DNA of 54,934 nt, filler included, from Thelocarpon superellum (taxonomy: Eukaryota), in the NCBI GenBank assembly GCA_026025795.1. It is 3 parts of 3 records of this genome, joined end to end, with 100 filler letters (N's around TTAATTAATTAA, not from the genome) between each part and the next. Parts side by side here need not be neighbours in the genome. Positions count along the whole stretch, not along the records: positions 36,874 to 54,934 come from JAPEUG010000366.1; 2 more parts are not named here. One strand, 5' to 3'. The notes below the pieces were generated by a model. The model was not told the DNA's origin, made no database searches, and worked only from the letters and a program-made list of their open reading frames with translations. The position numbers were made by a program, and so were the translations under genes. The first letter of the stretch is position 1. The number at the start of each line of letters is the position of its first letter. Positions 47,612 through 54,934 of the stretch are shown one piece after another.

Positions 47612-47946
47612 GATGAGCGAACGAACGAATGAACAAGTGAATGAAAGCAGCGCAACAGAATTGATAGTGGGTGTTGGGCCGTAGTAATGGCCAATGCTAC
47701 AATCCTACAGTGGCACAAGAGTACGAGCGACGCACTTCATTCGCAGCCTGGCACATCCGTGCTGGCCAATGTATGGGTATGGATATGGGTATGGTTTGAT
47801 ATGCGATGATTCCGTTCAGCAACCCAGCCAGTCAGCCATCCAGCAAGGGAGGGAGTCGAGGAAGCCAAATGAACGGTTGTAGAAGATAAAGGAAAATCCC
47901 GACCTAGACCCAATCCAGTCCTGTTGTAATGCTATCACAGCACGTG

Positions 47947-48024
47947 CCTGTCCCTGCCCCTGTCCCGGTCCCATTCATGTCCCTGTCCCTGTCCCTGTCC
48001 CTGACCTTGCTCCCTGTCCCTGTC
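47947..48024. repeat. Imperfect (CCTGTC)n hexamer repeat
   Basis: Visible in the IMP4-PLC1 convergent intergenic region. Confidence 0.75.
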
Positions 48025-48205
48025 CGGGTTGTGCCCCAATGCCGCTTGCCGTGGCGTCTAGCCAGACGTGGCCAGCCGTGGCGTGCCCGAGTGGCAAACA
48101 CAGCTCCCGTGCCTTGCCGTGCCGTGCTATGCATGCGATGCCCGATGCACGAAGATCAAATAAATCCTTCTCGAATCCGTCCGCAAAATAAAAGGGGAAT
48201 CAAAT

Positions 48206-48269
48206 GAGAAAGGGAAAGGGAAAGGAAAAGGAAAAGGAAAAAGGAAAAGGAAAAGGGAAAAGAGAAAAA
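48206..48269. repeat. (GGAAAA)n polypurine tract
   Basis: About 64 bp of purine-only sequence on +, which would be U/C-rich in the PLC1 3' region. Confidence 0.85.
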
Positions 48270-48443
48270 TTTAAACGCCGGGCTCTTTTTCATCGGCCGC
48301 CTCGCAACATTCATGATGTGAACGATCCGGAGTTCGGGGTATATCGGAAGGAAATGAGGCTTTGAGGAAAAAGGAAAGAAAGAGGTGTGAGGAAAGGCGG
48401 GGCGGGGAATCGCGTGGTGAAGAGGAAGGTGTTCGTGAATGAC

Positions 48444-51400
48444 TCAGACATCACCGTCCTTGGATTTCTTCCGGCCCTCGACCGAGGTCTTCCGTTCTTC
48501 AACCGAGCTCTTCCGCTCTTCGACCGAGTTCTTTCGGCTTTCCGCCGAGGTCTTGCGGCCTTCGACCGAGTTCTTCCGCTGCACCGTGATGGTCGAATTG
48601 AAGAGTGAGCGGCCGAACAGCTTGAGCGACTCGACCTTGCCGGACTTGGCATCCTCGCGTGAGACGGAGATGGAGTTGGTCTTCTTGATGTGACAGAAGA
48701 GGGTCGAGAAGAGGAAGCGCTCGCCACGCGTGTCGAAGAGCGGGAGATGGCGGTAGCCTTGCTGTAGACTGCTCAATTTGGCCGTGTAGGTCGCCAGCGC
48801 CCCGTTCTTGTCGCCATAGGACCGGCCGTCGGTGGAGTTGTACACCGTCCAGCGCACGAAGACGAGCTCGGGGAACTTGGTCTCCAGCGAGAGATGGAAC
48901 TTGTCGTTGAAGATGGGGTTGTAGCCGTTGCCCTGAATGATCTTGGTGCGTCGTCGATGCGGCAATCCGATTCCAGACATGCCGTTGCGCGCCGACGCAT
49001 CCAGCCCGCCTTCGCCCGTCGCCGCGCCCTTGGCCTTGTCGTCGGCGCAGAAGAATTCCAAGACGATGTAGGGGTCGAGCGACCGATCCGAGCTCCAGCC
49101 GCGAGGACGCGGCAGCTGTTGCGCCGAGATCATCTCGATGGAAAAGGTCACCAGCTTCTTCTCCGTCTCCAAGAGGTCCGCGTCCATGCGCCGCCGCGGC
49201 TGCCGGAGCGTCTCAGGTTTCAGCACGTACCCGGTCCGGTCCACCCCGGCCGCAAACATGGCATCGTTCATCTGCACGCCGAGATCGTACGTCTGCCAGT
49301 TGAGCGCCGCCATTTGCACGCCGCGACGCCAGAACTTGTTTGGATCGAAGTTGGATGAGTTGATCCGAAAGCCCGACGGGTACACGCGCATGAGGTGGCG
49401 CACGTTGTGTTTGTCGAGCTGCGCCTTGACATCCCCGTCGCGGCAGAGACCCTCAAAGGTCCGCTCGGCAAACGAGAAGACGTGATTGTACGACTTGCTC
49501 TCGGGCAGGGCGAAGTTGACGTACTTCTGTCCCCGCGTGTACACGCCCAGGTCGCCCAGGGGCCGGACGATCTTGCTAGGCTTGCGCTTTTTCTTCCGCT
49601 CCACGCCCGGTCCGCCGTCCTTGGTATCGCTGTCGTCCGTGGCGCTGCTCGCGCTCGTCACCGTGCCGGCCGTGATGGCCCCGCGTGAGGTCGCGTTACT
49701 CCAGAGACTGGCAGCAAGCTCCGACGAGCTGGTCGAGGTCGGACTGGCGGTGATGGCGGTGTTCGACGCATTGCTCACATCGCCCACGTTGCTTACGTCG
49801 AGCGTCAGAGGCTGCGTCAGCGGCGAGCTCACGCTGCGGTGGCGCCGGCCGACCACGGGCTCGCTAACGCCGAGGCTCTCCTCTGGCTCCTCACCCGACT
49901 TGACCTTGATCAAGACGCGGTACTTGAGCTCTTCGGGCGAGGGGAGGACGAGAGCATTCGTCATCAACGGGTCCAGCAGGAGGCGGTCGCCCAAGGTGGC
50001 CTTCAGGATGTCGGCCATGACCACCTGCTGCTCCGGACAGCAGTGCACCTCCAGGGAGATGATCAGCGGGTAGGGCGTCGCGAGGAAGGCGTATTTGCTA
50101 ATGGTGGCGATGCAGTCGCTAAAGAGCACCTTGCTGGTCAGGGTCCGGCCGTGGTTGACCACCGGACGACCGTCGGCGCCGTCCCAGCAGTCCACCTCGA
50201 CGCAGCGGCACCCGCGCCGGAGGGCGCGGATGTAGGCTTCGATGCTCGATTCGCCCGCTACCTGTCGCCCGAGGAGGTAGGTGTTGTGCGAGCTAGAGAT
50301 GTAGTACTCGTTCAGGGGTCGGTCGAGCTTCTCCGAACGGGCGCTGACGCGTAAGGCCGGGTTGAACGAAGACGAGACCAGGTAGGCCGCAAACGTCTCC
50401 GACCGGATGCGCGGGCACGGCTCGCCCTCAGCGTCGGATGGGGGTGGGACGATCTCCTTGGCCTTGGATCGCTTCGCGTACTTGTCAAAGACTGTCTCCC
50501 AGTGCGAGCGGTCGGCATCGACGTCGACCCCTTGCGTCTCCCGCACGAAGCCGAGAAATTCCTCGAGATCGATGCCCCGCTCCTCATCGGCGGCGGCAGC
50601 CTTATAGATGACGCGCAAGTCCTGCCGTTCCTTGAGTCGGCGGATGAACTCGATGAAGCCGGCCAGGTCGAGGGAGCCCGTGTTGTTGCGGTCGGCCATG
50701 GCGAATTGGGCCCGCAGGTAGCTCTGGGCGCAATTGATGTGCAGGCTGCGGCACAGGCTCTCGACGCCGTCGAGATCGAGTTGCTCGTCGCCTTCGGTGC
50801 GTGTCTGACCGGCAAAGCGCCGGCCCATCTCCCGGTGCCAATGAGCCTTGATGGAGACGTCGCTCTGCGCCGCCAGGCCCGCCATCATACCGATGCGATA
50901 GCGCGACACGATCTCGAGCGTGGCGGTCCAGAGGATGAGGGAGTGGTCGTCGGGAGCGATGAGGTGGATGGATTTGACGGGCCGCCCTTTGGTGCGGGCC
51001 TCATCGGCGTACAGGATGGTGAACCATCGGCTTTCGTACTCGGCGGCCACCTGGAAATCCTCGCGATAGTTGCGCGCGTCGGAGCCGACACGGATCTCGC
51101 GGATGTCGTCGATATAGAAGCGCTTGGACGGCTTCGTGGGGTCCCAGTACACCTTGGCCGTATCGATGTCCAGAACGAATTTGAGCGTCTTCTTCTTCTT
51201 CTTGGTGATCTTGGTGAGGACAGTGCCCTTCTGGAGGCTCGCGGGGACGACGGGCCCGACGCCCGGGCCGGGGATGGCGGAGGCCGGGGAGCCGCGACTG
51301 GGGGAGGTGGGACCCTCGCGGCCGGGCTCCCAGCCCACGAAGCCCTCGGCCGGCTCGACGGCCGGGTTGTCGTCAAAGTCGTCGTCGCCGCGGCCGAGCT

Positions 51401-51956
51401 CGCTGTTGCCGTAGCTGTCGCTCCGGCCACGCATCAGCACGGGCCCGGAGCTGTGGTCACGATCGCGGACGTGGGAGGACGAGGGTCGGCGGCGCGAGAG
51501 CTTGTTGGCGGCGCCCCGGGAAATTCGACGCATCAAGCCGGGGCCCTTGCTGAGGGCAACGGCCTCGCTCATGGCGCTAGGGGGCGGAGGGGACGTGGTG
51601 CGCATGGCGTCGGGAAGCTGGAGGGGGGCGATGGAGGTGGAAGGCCCGGACGGCTGGGCGCGACCACGCGGGCCGTCCGGGGATGGCTGCATGGAGGTAT
51701 TTGTAGTCTCCAGGGCGAAGAGGCGAGGGGAGGTTGGCATGGGGCTCGCGCTGCCCGAGGACAGGCTGATGGCGGACGAGGGCGCGGTGGTCGAGGCCAG
51801 GGAGGTATCCACAAATTGTTTGCGCGGCCGTCGAGCAAATGACGAGGAGCGCGAGGGCACAAGTGACGTGACGGACGCGGCGGGCGACGCCGGCGTAGGC
51901 GTGGGCATGGGCGTGGGCGCCAGCGCCAGCGCCGGCGGTGTCGAGGTGTCAGACAT
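48444..51956 (-). CDS. PLC1: Phosphoinositide-specific phospholipase C (PH, EF-hand, X/Y and C2 domains)
   Basis: X-box YYISSSHNTYL, GCRCVEVDCWDG and VNHGRTL; Y-box LMRVYPSGFRINSSNFDP..QMAALNWQTYD; C2 ISAQQLP..GNGYNP. Single exon with first in-frame ATG at 51956 (the ORF-track start is GTG). Confidence 0.95.
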   Translation of the reverse strand: MSDTSTPPALALAPTPMPTPTPASPAASVTSLVPSRSSSFARRPRKQFVDTSLASTTAPSSAISLSSGSASPMPTSPRLFALETTNTSMQPSPDGPRGRAQPSGPSTSIAPLQLPDAMRTTSPPPPSAMSEAVALSKGPGLMRRISRGAANKLSRRRPSSSHVRDRDHSSGPVLMRGRSDSYGNSELGRGDDDFDDNPAVEPAEGFVGWEPGREGPTSPSRGSPASAIPGPGVGPVVPASLQKGTVLTKITKKKKKTLKFVLDIDTAKVYWDPTKPSKRFYIDDIREIRVGSDARNYREDFQVAAEYESRWFTILYADEARTKGRPVKSIHLIAPDDHSLILWTATLEIVSRYRIGMMAGLAAQSDVSIKAHWHREMGRRFAGQTRTEGDEQLDLDGVESLCRSLHINCAQSYLRAQFAMADRNNTGSLDLAGFIEFIRRLKERQDLRVIYKAAAADEERGIDLEEFLGFVRETQGVDVDADRSHWETVFDKYAKRSKAKEIVPPPSDAEGEPCPRIRSETFAAYLVSSSFNPALRVSARSEKLDRPLNEYYISSSHNTYLLGRQVAGESSIEAYIRALRRGCRCVEVDCWDGADGRPVVNHGRTLTSKVLFSDCIATISKYAFLATPYPLIISLEVHCCPEQQVVMADILKATLGDRLLLDPLMTNALVLPSPEELKYRVLIKVKSGEEPEESLGVSEPVVGRRHRSVSSPLTQPLTLDVSNVGDVSNASNTAITASPTSTSSSELAASLWSNATSRGAITAGTVTSASSATDDSDTKDGGPGVERKKKRKPSKIVRPLGDLGVYTRGQKYVNFALPESKSYNHVFSFAERTFEGLCRDGDVKAQLDKHNVRHLMRVYPSGFRINSSNFDPNKFWRRGVQMAALNWQTYDLGVQMNDAMFAAGVDRTGYVLKPETLRQPRRRMDADLLETEKKLVTFSIEMISAQQLPRPRGWSSDRSLDPYIVLEFFCADDKAKGAATGEGGLDASARNGMSGIGLPHRRRTKIIQGNGYNPIFNDKFHLSLETKFPELVFVRWTVYNSTDGRSYGDKNGALATYTAKLSSLQQGYRHLPLFDTRGERFLFSTLFCHIKKTNSISVSREDAKSGKVESLKLFGRSLFNSTITVQRKNSVEGRKTSAESRKNSVEERKSSVEERKTSVEGRKKSKDGDV

Positions 51957-54424
51957 GATGCGAAGAGATGGGGAATGACGATGCGTTGCGCTGGATCCGG
52001 ACACGGTGGTCAGCCGTGGGTCCGGTCGCGCGCACGGCAGGATCCGTCACGACCAGGAGACCAGTCGGAGGAGGAAAAAGCGTCGTACAGCGGGTGGATC
52101 AGAGGGTTTGATGGATTCGGCTTTTGGACCGCATGTCTGCAGACCCCTTCAGCGTCGGGTGAGCGTCGGGCAGGACAAAGACAAGACACGAGCTCCACAC
52201 CCCCAAGGCTTCCAAAGTGCGCCGGCGCGGAGCGTGATTGAGCGAGGTCTCGCTGGCGATGGACGGAGCTGAGGCGGCCGCTGGAAGGAGTGGGTGGGGG
52301 GGGGGAGATGGGAGGGTGGGCGGATGAGGGAATGGGAGGGTGGGCGGAGGAGGGAATGGGAGCGGTGGGCCGTGGCGTGAGGCGTGCGGCGTGCGGCGTG
52401 CGGCGGGCAGTGCGCGCGCGTTGCGAGGATGACGGCGCGATTAGGCAGTCAGTCTCAGTCGACGGCGACAGCCTGCAAGGCCTGGGGCAGAAGTCTCGAA
52501 CTTGCTGCAAGAAGTTCTCGAAAGGGAGCGGGGTGGTAGGTGGGCCACGGCGGCCACGCGCCTTTGAACCAAATGCGACGTGACGGGGCGTCTGGGGAAG
52601 GGGGAGCCGGACCGATAAGGATAAGGATGCGCGCGTGCGCGACACTGCACGCTGAGTGGAGGTCCGTCGGGTGTCAATTCTCACGATGAGTGGGTCCTCT
52701 GACACCCGGTGCTGGCCGATGGTGGTACGAGGACGAGGAAAAAATTGTGGTTGAGGGAAGGAGAGTAGATGTGGTAGGGTATGGTCCTTGGGGACGGAGA
52801 GTCGGGGGTGTAGCAAGAAAGCGTCGTTACGGTGAGGTGGTGTGGTCAAGTTGGGACAAGCTGCGCGCGGTCGAACGCGGCCCGTCCGTGGTGCAGTTTT
52901 TTCTGCCGGAGATTACGAGGAAACTTCAACGCTCCCTTCCCCGAACCAGGTTGTGGGGGCGGGCCGGACTGTGGAGTCCTGGATTCCTGGGAAAGGGCCG
53001 GATTACAGACGCAATCGTACTTGTCCTGGTGCGTAGGCACGCATGGCAGACGGCAGCCGACAAAAGCTGTGGCTGAGTCTACCCACTGGTATATATAGCC
53101 ACGCACTGTCACTGCGCCGGTCACGTCAATGGAGCGCAGCTGAAGGGAACGCACGGGCAACCCTTACCCAGGTGGATCGAGCGCAGGGCCGATGCAATCG
53201 GCACTGATGCAGCGTGGCCGTCGCGGGGCGGAGGGGGGGCCAGTGGTGGAAGGTAAAACGGATGGCGATCGAATCGAGGCGGCGTGTTCAAAGAGGGCTG
53301 AAAAAGAAAGTACCCGCATCGGCAGTGGGCTATTCTACTAGAATTAGTAGGATCAGTCGGAGGTGGTGACGCAGAAACATCCGGGCATGTGGGGAAAGGC
53401 AGACAGCGCGCGTAGGCGAGTGGCTTGCTGGGCGAGAAGGCAACTCGGAGCGGCCTGCGCTGGGTGGGTGGGCGCTCGACCGCTTGGCCAGCGTGGTAGG
53501 AGTACCCGGCCTTGTCCCAGCCGAGCGAAACCCTGCCGCACCCACCGTGGCCCCACGCCCTAGGGACTGCCCTGGACGCGACCAGGGGGGAACGAGGCAC
53601 TACGTCGCGGCCAAGTCACCGCCGGATTTCGCCGGCTTTGCCCCTTCCCTGGCCGCGGTGTCGCACCAGCTCCGTCCATGTCCAACGCGGCGCCCCAGTG
53701 CCCTCAGCGCCCGATGCTTGCCCCGTCCGTGCCCAAGCGCGCATCGGAGCCTCTCCACCGGTACGACAAGGCCCGTAGCTCACCGGTACAATGCAAGTAG
53801 TGCGCCAGCGCACCCTCGTCCGTCGCGCGACCCTTTGTGCGGCTGATTGTCCAGAGCACCCGTCAGCGTGTCAGCCCATGCCTGAGTCCAAACGCAACGT
53901 CGCGACGCCGTTCGCAATCCGGAGGGCCGTGCTTCACAGTTCGTCAACCAACATACGAGCAATTCAAGCTCGGGAGGTGCCTCCATTATCCGCGTATACG
54001 CCTCCCGATCACAGCATCGTCCGTGGCCGGAACAGACGGGCGGATGCTCGGCATACCAGTCAGGCTCGCCCACTTGTCAGATTCGATGCATCGCTGACCG
54101 TGTCTTGGTCCTGGCGCGGGCTAATGTGCTCTGACTAAGGATAAATTACGAGAAGAATCAGAAATTTCGCGTCATCAATCAACTGGCCGGGTGCATCGAG
54201 TCGTGTCGTGACGAACCCGAGTCCGCCCAACTCGTGTGGACCGGTATGAGCGCTACTACTCGTCCGCCGTAGCTATCGTCCACCGCAGGTCGGGTATGAT
54301 GCCCACGCTGCTTTGTCCGGTTACGGGCAAGGACCCGCCATAGGCTAAGGGCCAAGATCCCGCGAGGCACCGCCGTTCACCGTTCGCCGGGCTTGCGACC
54401 AAGCGCTCCGTTCCATCACGGATA

Positions 54425-54457
54425 CCAGCGCCAGCGCCAGCACCAGCACCAGCACCA
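54425..54457. repeat. (CCAGCR)n hexamer repeat
   Basis: About five to six tandem units. Confidence 0.7.
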
Positions 54458-54934
54458 AGTTGGCGCGGCCGCATCCTTCTTCAGCCCCTGGTCCCATATT
54501 CTTTAGTTCTCACCCGTGGCAAGTGGCGACGGACCCCGTGATCGCAGTGGAGTGCCGATGCCGCCGTGGCCCCTGGGTGAGCTAATGTTCGAGCGCGCAA
54601 GTTCCGCACCGTACCCGTAGTCGTATGGGACTTGTCCTCGTAGAGGGACGATCACCCTCGCGTCTAGAAGGCTTCCCCCAATGGCGGGCCCAAACGTCAA
54701 AGTCGCGTGCGACGCCTAGTCCCCGGTTGGTCTTCCATGCCTCTGACCTCATCCCACGTCGCCAAGATTTGGCGCCCGCAAGTCAGGAACATCCAGGCTA
54801 ATCTTGCCGTGCCGTGCCACGGAGATTTCTCCCTCTGCGCAAGAATGACGTTGATTGGTGACTCAGGCACTCGACCGAGCCGGGTCCGCGCGTTCTGCTC
54901 GCTCTCGTTGGCGCTCTTGCTCGACTTTCGCCCA

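Noticed and set aside
52010..54934. ORFs in the terminal 3 kb (for example 52010-52849, 53121-53600)
   Set aside because: They are low-complexity Pro/Arg/Ser-rich translations, mostly with non-ATG starts, with no motifs and no coherent splice model. This is likely promoter or UTR sequence.

Overview
Gene-dense, GC-rich eukaryotic DNA from a filamentous ascomycete (Pezizomycotina-type: short GT-AG introns with CTRAC-like branch sites and fungal gene families). It is not prokaryotic, so the six-frame ORF track fragments or misses most genes. I reconstructed 22 protein-coding genes by hand. In order: MOCS2A/cnxG, Zn2Cys6 transcription factor, FMP42-like MFS transporter, amidase, MARVEL-like membrane protein, EAF-domain protein, COG8, UBE2O-like E2 (cut by a gap), RTP1, SmF, CZIB/DUF866, PPR protein, GDE1, She4/UNC-45, TFB4, sugar porter, a secreted protein with a permuted papain-like His/Cys motif, F-box protein, a low-confidence orphan membrane/coiled-coil ORF, PNPOx-like/FNR flavoprotein, IMP4 and PLC1. 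Two 100-bp gaps carry an artificial TTAATTAATTAA linker, so adjacency across 18347-18446 and 36774-36873 is not guaranteed. I found no rRNA, tRNA, CRISPR array or transposon. The most interesting items are an intronless, apparently lineage-specific block at 39.2-43.9 kb centred on the secreted permuted-papain-like protein, a chained AUGA-overlap uORF pair feeding into the GDE1 start codon, a perfect double-Cbf1-site palindrome plus a 16-bp minisatellite upstream of IMP4, and a six-fold RKxS repeat at the PLC1 C-terminus. All family assignments come from motif recognition, not database searches.
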